Shown here piece by piece: positions 35,290 through 47,639 of a stretch of 64,000 nucleotides of DNA. The DNA comes from Mustelus asterias (lineage: Eukaryota). The notes beneath the pieces are model-generated. The model was not told the DNA's origin, did not search any database, and saw only the letters and a program-made list of their open reading frames with translations. The stretch's first letter is position 1, and each line of letters opens with the position of its first letter. The translations under genes and the position numbers were made by a program. Location of the stretch: NCBI RefSeq assembly GCF_964213995.1, contig NW_027590215.1, positions 372,001-436,000 of the forward strand. The letters are read 5' to 3'.

Positions 35290-36319
35290 CTCCAGAGATT
35301 GGATTGTGTTGTCAATCAGATTGAGAACTGAGCTATATCCATTAGGATCTGATTCTGCTGATGTTAATAAACTTCAGGTCAGTTATAGAGGCTAATATTC
35401 TGGACAAAAATCAAATAATTTGTCTTTGATTTGATTTGATTTGTCTTTGATACCCACACAGACATGGAGGAAAGCTGCTGAATTGTCATAAAAACCTAAG
35501 TGGTATGCTGATGTCTGTCAAGAAAGGAAATCTGACACCTGGTCTAGAGTGGAGACAGCGAGAAGTAGAAGGGGCCGGGGTGAAGGAGAGGGATTTTATA
35601 CATCTAGAACTCAATGAGAACTTTGACAGCATCTCCCAAATCCTCAACCTCCACCACCTAGAAGGACCAAGGTAGCAGGTAGATGTGAACGCCATCACCT
35701 CCGAGTTTCTCTCCCCCAACTCGCACACAATCCTGACTTGTCTGATATCCAGTACTAAAAGGATTGTATTTGTCGGGTTCTCCGGTTCTCTTTTTGTTTG
35801 GGACCGATGTATCTCGTTCTGTCATTCCGCCTTGGTTTCTCTATCTCCCTTTGTCCTGCTTCTGACCGTCTCTGTCTTCACACTGGCTCTATGTTCTTCT
35901 GTTTCTCCCCTTTTCCCTAAAGTTCAGGGTTGAGACAATCCGATTTCTTCCACTCTCTCATTTCAACGAGTCCACTCAATTACTCATTATATTATCGCAG
36001 CAATAATTGATAACGTTAATAACCAGAACTTAAGGGGTAACATTACGATGGAAAGATTTAAATGCAAATAACTAAAGAATATAGGAAATGAATGTGAATC
36101 CAGGGTCATGTTTGCATCTTGTGTTGTTATTTTAGACTAGGCATCTTATCGGAATCTTGGTGGCTCCTTCTTGTTTAAAATGGGCGTTTATAACCACTAT
36201 TAATTGAATAAAGCGAATCGCCAGCAACAAAATAAAGTTGGGATTATCTCTCATGCATACGTTCAACTGCATCAAATTACATTGCAATAGTAAAAGTACT
36301 GCAAGAATAATCCGACATC

Positions 36320-36570
36320 GTGGCACAGTGGTTAGCCGTGCTGCGTTACAGCGCTGGGGACCTGGGTTCAGTCACTGTCTGTGTGGAGTCTGAAAATTCT
36401 CCCTGTGTCTGTGTGAGTTTCCTCCGGGTGCTCCGGTTTCCTCCCGCGGTCCGAAAGATGTGCTGGTAATGTGCATTGGCCATGCTAAAGTTTCCCTAAG
36501 TGTATCCGAACAGGCGCCAGAGTATGGCGACTAGGGGATTTTCACATTAACTTCATTGAAGTGTTGATGT
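36320..36570 (+). mobile_element. HE1-related SINE in the putative V leader intron
   Basis: SINE head, body and GGCGACTAGGGG tail. Confidence 0.85.
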
Positions 36571-36673
36571 GACTGAAAATTTCCAGCATTAAGCCGATGT
36601 TTGAATGATCAGTGTCTGTTTCATGGGCTCTCTTCGCTCTGAGATATTTAATATCTTCTGTGTTTTGTTACAG

Positions 36674-36977
36674 GGATAAATGTTGAAGCTTCAGTGTTTC
36701 AAGATCGATCTAAATGAAGTGTTCTGGAAGGACAGAGCATATTGTTGGACTGTAAATACTCGACAGCTGCTTTTCAAACTGTGTTCTGGTGCATCCACTA
36801 TCCCGGGCAAGCTCTGAGATATTTGATGAAGATATATAGCTCGGGCAATACCGATACGTCTCCGGATTTGTCAGATAGGTTCTCGGCTGCTTTGCACAAA
36901 GGAAACAACACTGTTCCTTTAAAAATCGCCAGGGCTCTTCTGCCTGACAGCGCCGTGTATTTCTGTGCCATGGAGTT
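36674..36977 (+). pseudogene. T-cell receptor alpha/delta-type V gene segment with in-frame stop in FR1
   Basis: Acceptor TTGTTACAG, then GINVEASVFQDRSK*SVLEGQSILLDCKYS...VFWCIHYPGQALRYLM...DRFSA...LKI...DSAVYFCAME; TGA at 36715-36717. Confidence 0.88.
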
Positions 36978-37017
36978 CACACTGGTGCAGAAATACAGCG
37001 AACTCCGCCCAAAAACC
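36978..37017 (+). other. 23-bp-spacer recombination signal sequence
   Basis: Heptamer CACACTG at 36978-36984 directly after YFCAME; nonamer CCCAAAAAC after 23 bp or CCAAAAACC after 24 bp. Confidence 0.8.
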
Positions 37018-38064
37018 CCAGACTGGGGGTTCCGGTTAGAGATCAGCAGAGGGCGCTCCCGCACCGATAAACAGAAACAATTATATCGTGTCCACAGAAA
37101 GAGTCACAAGATCATAAATGAAATATCAAATCAAAACAGAACACTCAACCTGAACAGCTGTGCCGCAGTTGGGTTTTTAACTTGCAACTATACTAAAAAT
37201 ACAGTTATGCTTCGTTCACTCATGCTCAGTCCTTTGATGATATTTCCTTGCTCGTGTAATTACTGTGTAGCACTTTCCCCATCTTGACTGTCCGTTTCGA
37301 GGTCGCTTTGCTCAAAGGGTCTGTTTGGTCAGAGTATTTTGCTGCCTAACGGACAGTCTATAGAACATATGCATTTCGCAAGGTTGCCATTGTGCTATTT
37401 AAAACAATCCCTGGGAACAAGTTACCATCAATGTTCATTCTCATTTTGTATATCTGTGAAATGTTTTCTGACACAATTCGTAAGCCAGGGCTTCCGCCTG
37501 ACAATAACAAGACCAGGGAATTCATTCCCACCCGTGCCCTTAACAATAAAGTGATTTTCCTAATGGGCACATTGATTAAATCCCAGATTGGGATATTTCT
37601 GTTCACTGAAAGGCAGGTCTCCAACATTGGGAAACATGTAAATGACGTGAGAGAATGCAATGACACTAGAACAGATTAATGAGAGTGCGGATTAGATTGA
37701 GACTCCTCTGTTTCATCTTCCCTTTTACAGAACGTACAGCAACAATGCGGGAAGGCAGAAGTTGGGTGTTCTGGGGAATTTCAGAGAAGCAATTGTGGAA
37801 TAAACACATTTAATCTAATTTCCCAATCGCAATTTCAACCTAAAGTTTAAAAGTATTCCGACATGAGAGAGCACTTCAAAAAGGAATTCAGATATGTTGA
37901 TGATGTGAAAAAGATTCAACACAGTATTAAACACAAAGCTGGTTTATTTTGACTTCTATTCAGAATATTAAACCACACAACTGGCTGGAGTTCATTATCA
38001 GCAAAAATCCAATTAACACATTACAGTCATGGATAGGATTAACAGCAGATTCCAATCACTGTGG

Positions 38065-38766
38065 TTACTTGTGAATTATTTGGTGTCTAAGCAGGTGGAA
38101 TGCCTGAGTGAATCCCTTCCCACATTCAGAGCAGATGAATGGCCTCTCCCCAGTGTGAACTCGCTGGTGTGTCAGCAGATTGGAGGACTGACTGAATCCC
38201 TTCCCACACTGAGAGCAGGTGAATGGCCTTTCCCCAGTGTGGGTGCGCTGGTGTACAATGAGGTTACATGAATGCCTGAACCTAGTCCCACAGTGAGAGC
38301 ACCTGAATGGTCTCTCGTCAGTGTGAATACGTTGATGGGACATGAGTGCATCAGAACTTTTGTAGCACTTCCCACAGTCTGAGCATTTAAAAGGCCTCTC
38401 ATCAGTGTGAACCCGCTGATGTGTCAGCAGGTTGGATGACCGAGTGAAGCCCTTCCCACACTCTGAGCAGATGAATGGCCTTTCCCCAGTGTGAATGCGC
38501 TGGTGTGACACCAGATTTCCTGACTCAGTAAATCCTTTGCCACACTCAGAGCAGGTGAATGGCCTCTCCCCAGTGTGAATGCGCCAATGAATTTTCAGCT
38601 GGAATGGGTAATTGAATTCCTTTCCACAGTCCACACATTTCCACAGTTTTTCCATGGAGTGACTGCACTTGTGTCTCGATAGGCCAGATGATCGGCTGAA
38701 GTCTCGTCCACACACAGAACACATGTATGGTTTCTCTCCACTGTGAACGGTGCGTTTTCCTTCCAT
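38065..38766 (-). CDS. C2H2 zinc-finger protein, 8 fingers; inverted paralog of 29530-30483
   Basis: [16 protein letters not shown]...[23 protein letters not shown] shared with 29530. Confidence 0.88.
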   Translation of the reverse strand: MEGKRTVHSGEKPYMCSVCGRDFSRSSGLSRHKCSHSMEKLWKCVDCGKEFNYPFQLKIHWRIHTGERPFTCSECGKGFTESGNLVSHQRIHTGERPFICSECGKGFTRSSNLLTHQRVHTDERPFKCSDCGKCYKSSDALMSHQRIHTDERPFRCSHCGTRFRHSCNLIVHQRTHTGERPFTCSQCGKGFSQSSNLLTHQRVHTGERPFICSECGKGFTQAFHLLRHQIIHK

Positions 38767-38974
38767 GTTCAAAATCCACTGATATTCAGTTACGATAAAT
38801 GAGATGACTGTCAGATTCTGATATGATATTTATTTCTTGTTTCCTCACTGCAAATCGTCTCATCCTAGTTCCTGTGAAATTGATTTGAAACAGAGAAAAA
38901 GTGGATTGAGAGAGAGCCCACAGAGACAGGTTATAAATAGAGTTCAGACTGAAGCAACAATAACAAAAACACTC

Positions 38975-39990
38975 AAAGAACAATACAGCACAGGAACAGG
39001 CCCTTCGGCCCTCCAAGCCCGCGCCGCTCCCCGGTCCAGGATTGAATCCTGAATCCAGGATCCCCGCCCAATTTTCCAGCCTATCTACATCCTAATATCC
39101 TATCCACCGAGCTGTCCCTCACAGCTACGATGCTTTGTTCATCACAACCTATTAACTCACCCCCACCCCCCCATTCCAGACCATGTGATCTCCAGGGAGA
39201 GGCGAAAACCCAGAGTGAAAACCCCAGGGCCAATATGGGGGAAAAAAATCTGGGAAATTCCTCTCCGACCCCCTGAGGTGATCGAAACGAGTCCAGGAGA
39301 TCACACTGGCCCTGATCGGAAAATGCTTCCCAACCCTATTCATTTCCACTTCCACGAACACCATATGAATTCCCTGCCCCCGAGACAGGTTCCCAACTAT
39401 CCGCAGTCTCGCTCTGTACTGGCACCAGCAAGATGATCATAGAATGAAGCCTTGAAATGAGAAACAAAGAACAATTAGCCCGCGCCGCTCCCTGGTCCAA
39501 ACTAGACCACTCTTTTGTATCCCTCCATTCCCACTCCGTTCATATAGCTGTCTAGATAAGTCTTAAACGTTCCCAGTGTGTCCACCTCCACCACCTTGCC
39601 CGGCAACACATTCCAGGCCCCCACAACCCTCTGTGTAAAATATGTCCTTCTGATATCTGTGTTAAACCTCCCCCCCTTCACCTTGAACCTATGACCCCTC
39701 GTGAACGTCACCACCGACCCGGGGAAAAGCTTCCCACCGTTCACCCTATCTATGCCTTTCATAATTTTATACACCTCTATTAAGTCTCCCCTCATCCTCC
39801 GTCTTTCCAAGGAGAACAACCCCAGTTTCCCCAATCTCTCCTCATAACCAAGCCCCTCCATACCAGGCAACATCCTGGTAAACCTCCTCTGTACTCTCTC
39901 CAAAGCCTCCACGTCCTTCTGGTAGTGTGGCGACCAGAACTGGACGCAGTCTTCCAAATGCGGCCGACTGCGTCCAGTTCTGGTCGCCAT
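38975..39990 (-). mobile_element. 5'-truncated CR1 with long 3' UTR and fold-back 5' junction
   Basis: ORF 39502..40023 CR1 C-terminus; insertion absent from the paralogous site near 29330. Confidence 0.88.
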
Positions 39991-40285
39991 AGGAGGCCAG
40001 GGACTGAGTTCTGCATCCAACACGCAGCCTGATTCAAACTGGCTCCGAACTAGTCAGCCTGTGTTTCTAATCTCGATACAATAAAACAATAGAACATAGA
40101 AACCCTACAGTGCAGAAAGAGGCCATTTGGCCCATCAAGTCTGCACCGACCACAATCCCACCCAGGCCCTACCCCATATCCCTCCATATTTACCCACTAA
40201 TCCCCCTAACCTACATGTACTGGAACAAAACTCTGTAGAGATTGTATCTGGAATAAAGAGAATAAATCTTGGAGATATTCAGCAG

Positions 40286-41194
40286 TGATGTGGAGATGCT
40301 GGCATTGGACTGGGGTAAACAGTGTAAGAAGTCTCACAACACCAGGTTAAAGTCCAACAGGTTAATTTGGTAAAAAAATCCATTAGCTTTCGGAGTGCTG
40401 CTCCTTCATCAGGTGAGTGGGAGTTTTTCACAAACAGGGCATATAAAGACACAAACTCAATTTACAAAATAATGATTGGAATGCGAGACTTTACAGGGGA
40501 TCAAGTCTTAAAGGTACAGACAATGTGAGTGGAGAGAGGGTTAAGCACAGGTTAAAGAGATGTGTATTGTCTCCAGACAGGACAGTTCATGAGATTTTGC
40601 AAGTCCAGGCAAGTCGTGGGGATTACAGATAGTGTGACATGACCCCAAGATCCCGGTTGGGGCCGTCCTCATGTGTGCGGAACTTGGCTATCAGTCTCTT
40701 CTCAGTGACTCTGCGCTGTCGTGTGTCGTGAAGGCCGCCTTGGAGAATGCTTACCTGAAGATCATCGGCCTCTGATCTTCGGGTAAGCGTTCTCCAAGGT
40801 GGCCTTCATGACACATGACAGCGCAGAGTCGCTGAGCAGAGACTGATAGCCAAGTTCCGCACACATGAGGACGGCCTCACCCAGGATCTTGGGGTCATGT
40901 CACACTATCTGTAATCCCCACGACTTGCCTGGACTTACAAAATCTCATGAACTGTCCTGTCTGGAGACAATACACACCTCTTTAACCTGTGCTTAACCCT
41001 CTCTCCACTCACATTGTCTGTACCTTTAAGACTTGATTACCTGTAAAGACTCGCATTCCAATAATTATTTTGTAAATTGAGTTTATGAAAAGAACTCCCA
41101 CTCACCTGACGAAGGAGCAGCGCTCCGAAAGCTAGTGGATTTTGCTACCAAATAAATCTGTTGGACTTTAATCTGGTGTTGTGAGACTTCTTAT
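40286..41194. mobile_element. Fold-back Penelope-like insertion (two inverted 3' ends), 12-bp TSD
   Basis: Arms meet at the 40765-40772 loop; GATATTCAGCAG at 40274-40285 and 41195-41206. Confidence 0.92.
41102..41138 (+). ncRNA. Minimal type I hammerhead ribozyme motif, intact core
   Basis: TCAC-CTGACGA-A-GGAGC-AGC-GCTCC-GAAA-GC-TA-GTGG; predicted cut after 41134. Confidence 0.72.
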
Positions 41195-43914
41195 GATATT
41201 CAGCAGGCCAGGCAGTCTCTGAGGAGTGACAAACAGAATTGAGGGCTCAGGTTGCTGACTTGCCCTCAGACTGCAATGAAACATTTAGAGTCAGGCACTG
41301 ACTAATGGCGGTCACAATTCCCACAATGCTCTGCGCCCCAGAAACCCCTCTATTCAATGGTTGTTCACCGTAATTCACTAATCACAGAATCCTTACAACA
41401 CAGAAGGAGGCCATTGGACCCATTGAGTGTGGACTGAACTTACGGCTGAGCACCTTTCCCAAGCACGCCCCCTATCCCTGTAACCTCACGCATTTTCCCT
41501 GTTAATCCCCCGACTGACCTTTCTCTTCACCCTACCGGTAACTGCAACAATATGTTCTGCACCCTACGTTTTTCCTTTCCCCCATGTACTTTCTCAACGT
41601 ACGTTTTGCCTGCATAGTACGGAAGAAATATTACTTCTCACTCTATTCCAGTACATGTGACAATAATAAATCAGATTAGAACCTATACATGGTGGGACAC
41701 TAAGGGACAATTGTAAGCATGGTCAATCCACTTAACCTGCACATCTTTGGACGGTGGAAGGAAACCGGAGCACCCGGAGGAAACCCACGCAGACACGGGG
41801 ACAATGCACAAACTCCACACAGACAGTGACCCGAGGCTGGCATTGAACCCGGGTCCCTGGCGCTGTGAGGCAAAAATGTTAACCAGTGAAGGCAGTTTGC
41901 CGCTTTTTCCAGGCGATAACAATGGGCTGGATGTTGCTCAGAACGTGGAGCACTGCAGCAAAGTACAGAGAGAGACAGAGCAGCAGACTGGGCTGAGAAA
42001 TGGAATCTGCAGACCGAAACTAGCTGAGGACAGGTTATCTCGTCAACACGCACAGCAATGTACAACCCACCCCCATTACCAAGACAGCGAGACAGAGGTT
42101 ACACTAAAATATTTATAGGATCAAGAGAAACCAGAGTGCACCAACACTCACCAACACAGCTCCACGGAAAAAAGGGAGAATCTGTGGCAGTTCCTGTCCT
42201 GATATAGCCCCAGGACTGTCACTCAAAGCCCCAACCCCGTCCAGTTCACAGCTCAGCCTCTCAGCTTGCAGCTTCCTGCACCTTGAGCCAACCCTGTCCA
42301 GGTGTGGGAGGGATGTGGAACCACAGAGTGGGGGGAGGGGTGACCTCCTGCTGTGTCCCAAATAGTCTCTCCTTCCCCTCCCCCTTGGCGCTCTAAGCTC
42401 TCAATGTGGATGTGTTGATGGACATTGCAGAGCCTCACTGAGCTGCGCCTGTACCTTATCCTGGGTCAACCCCTTCCCCTGGGTTCAGTGTGTGTGAACT
42501 CGCTGCTTGTTTACCTGCTGAACCTTCAGTTAATCAAAAACAGAAAGTGCTGGAAAACCTCAGCAGGTCTGATCACATCTGTGATCATCCAGACTGGAAG
42601 CATTAACTCTATTCTCTCTCCACAGATGCTGTCAAACCTGCTGAGATTTTCCAGCATTTTCTGTTTATGTTTCAGATTCCAGCATCCGCAGTGTTTTGCT
42701 TTTATCTTCATTTAAACAAACATTCTGTGAAGGCCTTTACCCCCATTGCTCCTTTCCAGAGATTCCCACCTTCTGCTATTGCCCCTGAATCCCACATTAA
42801 CCCTGTCATTCCTCCCCTTTACCCCACTCACCCTGTCTAAACTCAGGCTCAGAGTTTTCCCGCCATCTCCCCCTCCCCCAGCCTCCACATCCCAACACCC
42901 GGAATCTCTAACCCAGCGGTTCCAGTTTGTCTGGTTTGAGTTCAGATTTGCCGCAGCACCGACAGGATTTCACTTCAAACCAGCCGGAACTGACTGCTCA
43001 CAAATCCCCAAATGTTTCTCCAGCAGCCCGGGCTTGTTAATGTTGTTTAAAGTCAGCGCCCAAATGCAGTTACTCTCCTCAGTTTAAAAAACTTCTCCAT
43101 TTAATCTAAGGTATTATTCGCGCCAGACACAAATATAAAACAGTGAACATTATCCCCCCACCCAGACCCGAGCTGGAGTGTCCCGAGGAAGCGACATCTG
43201 TTCCGGGTGTGACAATTCTTACACATTCTCTGTGACATAAAACAGAAAACGCTGGGAATATTCATGAATGAAAGCAAATTGTTGCTTTTGTCAAGAGAGT
43301 CATCTGGACTCGAAACGGCAGCTCTTTTCTCTATTTACCGATGCTGCCAGACCTGCTGAGATTTTCCAGCATTTTCTGTTTTGGCTGGAAACACTCAACA
43401 AGTCAGGCAGCCTCTGTGGAGAGAGAAACAGACTGACTGTGACCTGTCATCGAACTGGGAAATATATTTCCCGCAACTGAAAGAGGTATCTTACAACCTT
43501 CGGAACAAAACTGAGTTCAACAATTTTACACCACATTCTCTGCCCCCTTTGCGTTCTGTGTTTCGTTGTTGCTTTTTTCACCTCTTGTTTTCTTTACTTC
43601 GTATTCAGACTGCTGCTATTCACACCTCATCCAGAACATCTTTTGTGACTTTACTTGTCCCATTACCACTCGCTTTGGTATTGAGCCGTGAATCATTTTG
43701 TCAGTTTGCAGACCTTTCATTTTGTTCTTCTCCATCTCCCTCTCTCCCTCCTTCACAGGCCTGGCTTTCTCTGGGTGGCACTGGAGAGCGAACTAGACTT
43801 GAGATGTTTGAGACAGAGAGATTGAAATGTTTTTTTCTCTCAGAGGGTCTTTGGTTTCTCTTCCCCAGAGAGCAGTGAAGACAGAGTCATTGAATGTTTT
43901 TAAGACTGAGTAAA

Positions 43915-44330
43915 TGGATAAAAGCAAATTACTGCGGATGCTGGAATCTGAAACCAAAAGAGAAAATGCTGGAAAATCTCAGCAGATCTGGCAGCATCTA
44001 TAAAGTGAGAAAAGAGTGGACGTTTCGACTCCAGATGACCCTTTGTCAAAGCTAAAAGGCATAGAAAGTGGGAGATATTTATACTGCAGGGTGAGGGAAT
44101 GAAAAATGAGTCACAGCCACAGAAACTCGGGTAAAGAGCTGCTAATGGCAGTCCATCGAGAGAATAAAGGGTGTGAATGGCCAACGGCAGAGAAGCTGAA
44201 ATCAGCTGTGACAGATGAAGATGTGGGGGGAGGGGTAGAGGGAATGGGAAGAAGAGAGGTAAAATGGGAAAAGGGGGGAAGGGAAATAAAAGGGGGAGAA
44301 AAGGTAAGGAAAGGATGGAGGTAGACAGGA
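43915..44330 (-). mobile_element. PLE-family-2 terminus with U3-A8 hammerhead-like motif (44014-44053)
   Basis: Minus strand AGCT-TTGACAA-A-GGGTC-ATCTG-GAGTC-GAAA-CG-TC; absent from the paralogous site near 26620. Confidence 0.6.
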
Positions 44331-44878
44331 AAGTGGAGTTGTGGTCGCAATCAGATCAGCCAGGATCTTATCAAATGCTGGAGCAGAGGGGCCACTGCTG
44401 CTCCGGATTCATGTGGGTGTTTGACTGTATGTTTCACTCTGTTTCTGCCTCCACAGAAGCTGCCGGGCCTGTTGACTATTTGGGGCTTTGACTATTTTTA
44501 TTTCAGATTTGAAGCATCTGCAGGATATTCTGTCCATGCAAACCCAACACACCTTTCATTGTTTAATGCAGAGCAGTGCATGTGCACGGTGCTCCCTGTC
44601 AACAGGAGAGAATGTTGTGAATTCCTATCCTGGATTGACTGGGATGGATTTTGTAAATTAATTTTATCTGGGTTAGAAGGGAAGGATTTACACACACAAA
44701 ATTCAAAACCCTGTTTCTTATTTCAATATTGGATATATGAGTCGCTGGTAAGGTCGCTGCATTTCAAACAGAGCTTGCGAGTGTTTTGAAGTGTTTTCTT
44801 TAAAAGTCCCCTTCACTCCTGTGCTACTCAGGAGAAGATTTCACATTCACATTCTCCAGGATAGAGGGGCAAGAGAAC

Positions 44879-45468
44879 GGGCGGCACAGTGGCACAGTGT
44901 TCAGCACCACTGCCTCACAGCACCAGGGAAATCATAGAAGCCCTACAGTACAGAAAGAGGCCATTTGGCCCATCGAGTCTGCACCAACCACAATCCCACC
45001 CCACCCCTACCCCCTTATCCCTACATATTTACCCGCTAATCCCTCTAACCTACGCATCTCAGGACACTAAGGGGCAATTTTAGCATGGCCAATCAACCTA
45101 ACCCGCACATTTTTGGACTGTGGGAGGAAACCGGAACACCCGGAGGAAACCCACGCAGACACGAGGAGAATGTGCAAACTCCACACACAGGGGTCCCAGG
45201 TTCAATTCTGGCCTCGGGTCACTGTCTGTGTGGAGTTTGCACATTCTCCCCGTGTCTGCATGGGTTTCCTCCAGGTGCCCTGGTTTCCTCCCACAGTCCA
45301 AAGATGTGTGGGCTAGGTTGATTGGCTGTGCTAAATTGCCCCTTAGTGTCAGGGGGATTAGCAGGGTAAATATGTGGCGTTACAGGAATAGGGCCTGGGT
45401 GGGATTGTGGTCGGTACACACTCGATGGGTCAAATGGCCTCCTTCTGCACTGTAGGGATTCTATGATT
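44879..45468. mobile_element. HE1 SINE (+) with a second HE1 (-) nested at about 44929-45190
   Basis: Head interrupted after CAGCACCAGGG and resuming at GGGTCCCAGGTTCAATTC. Confidence 0.85.
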
Positions 45469-46319
45469 CAGACCAATTGCAGGTGTAGCTTTCTTCCCAC
45501 CTCACTCTCACAGACTCCAGTGAAGACAGTGTGGAAAGGCTTTGGGACAAGATCAGATCTGTGATGCAGTGAACACCCACTCAGCTCATCGGGTTTGAAT
45601 TGCTCAGGCCGTCACACTGGCTCAACAAGAATGACAAAGAAATGAGCAAAATCAGAAAGTGTCTCTGGATTGAATGGAGTAGTATTCCTCCTATTGAACC
45701 ATTCACACTGATGTATCACTGACTGTACCTGTACCAGCTCTCTAACCTGACACATAGTCATATTATATGGATAAGTGGGCATAGCCTTTAGGTGTTGGTC
45801 TGTTAACTACAAGGGAACCATTTTCTTTAATTGATTCATGGACATGGGCAGCGCTGGCTGGCCAGCATTTATCGCCCATCCCCAGCTGCCCTTGAGAAGG
45901 TGGCGGTGAGCTGCCTTCTTGAAACCCTGCAGTCCATGTGCTGTGGGTTCACCCACAATGCCGTTAGGGAGGGAATTCCAGGATTATGACCCGGTGACTG
46001 TGAAGGAACAGTGATTCATTTCCAATTTAGGATGGTGAATGGCTTGGAGGGAACTTGCAGGTGGTGGTATTCCCATGTATTTTCTGCCCTTCCGATGAAG
46101 GGTCATCTGGACTCAAAGCATTGGGTCTATTCACTCCCCCCAGGTGCTGTCCGACCTGCTGAGATTTTCCACCATATTCTGTTTTTGTTTCACATTCCTG
46201 CATCGGCAGTATTTTGCTTTTATCTTCTGTCCTTGTCCTTTTAGATGGAAGTGGTTGTGGCTTTGGAAGGTGCTGCCTCAGGAGCCTTGGTGAATTGCTG
46301 CAGTGCATCTTCCTTTAGC

Positions 46320-47635
46320 AATATACTATATCATCTCTCTGGCTTGTTCCACCAACCAAGATCCATACATTATACATTCAGTAGATTCACTTAATACAAT
46401 TTTACTTTCTTTAATAATTTGATTGATCATTTGTACGTGAGACTTTAGGGCCTGACCATATGTTGTAAATGTGTGGTTAAGTTCCGACCTTAAGAGTGGC
46501 TAAGTTAATGGTATTAACAACCCTGGTGTTAAAAGCTGTTGCAGCATCATTCATTATACTCCGTTACCTGTCTGACATTTTGGATATCATTCCCCTTCCT
46601 AATGTGGTTTTGGATAACATCCAGATGAAGATGCTGAGGGGGATTGAGCTTCCATCTTAACGTCCTCCTGATACAATAGCCATGGTACAGGTGCACTTTT
46701 CACTTCTTTTTCATCATTGTCCCAGGTCCGCAGCATATTCTTCACCGTGTACGTAACAGTCCTGATCCTTCTCAGCTTCTTCCGTTATCTGGGACTCTGA
46801 GCTTCACCGAGTTATGAGAAAACCATTTGACTTTTTAGCAAAAACGTTTATTATTTTATTTGTGCCACAAATAGGCTTATATTAACACTGCAATGAAGTT
46901 CCTGTGAAAATCCGTGCCTGTTCAGGTACACTGGGGGAGAATTTAGTATGGCTAATTCAACTAACCAGCACGTCTTTCGGACTTTGGGAGGAAACTGGAG
47001 CACCCGGAGGAAACCCACGCAGACACGCGGTGAAAGTGCAAACTCCGCATATAGTACCCAAGCCAGGAATTGAACCCGGGTCCCTGGCGCTGTGAAGCAG
47101 CAATGCTAACCACTGTGCCCCACCATGCCGCCCGTTTGCATATTCAATACAACTGACCTTATCCACTGTAGTGTATGGTCCCTTATACAGGGGTCCAAAC
47201 ACATCTCCCTTTGCACAATTTCTTACCCTCACTTGGTCTCCACACTCATGTGGTTCGATGGGGCTAATAGGGACCTACTCCAGATACTCATGAGAACCAG
47301 TGGAAGTTCTTCAATCCACTTTGTGCTGTTCCATCCAGTTATTTTCTGAGAACGAGCTTCATGTGCGGTTCATTCTTTCGACAATTCCCAGCAATTGGTG
47401 TGAGTTATTTGCCATCTCCCTCCTTTCAATTTTCCAATTAAACAAAAGCACGGAGGAACAAACTGTTCTCTGGAGCATTCCACATTGCAATGACTCAGCC
47501 AAAGTCAACTTCCCAACCCATCAGCAACTTCTTTTCATACAGAATAAATTGTTGTTCCCTTTGAAATTTGCTATTCTTGTATCTGTCATGTAAAGTGAAA
47601 AAGCTTCTGCAGCATGTCTCATTTTATTTGACTCA
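46320..47635 (-). mobile_element. Decayed LTR-retroelement / endogenous retrovirus relic (integrase core and C-terminus, possible env remnant), interrupted by a SINE at 46850-47133
   Basis: Minus-strand GIVERMNRT, KWIEELPLVLMSI, VRVRN...FGPLYKGPYT. Confidence 0.7.
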
Positions 47636-47639
47636 AGTT

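Noticed and set aside
36978-37287. C-terminal extension of ORF 36742..37287 as part of a protein
   Set aside because: Read-through of the RSS and flank beyond the V exon end.
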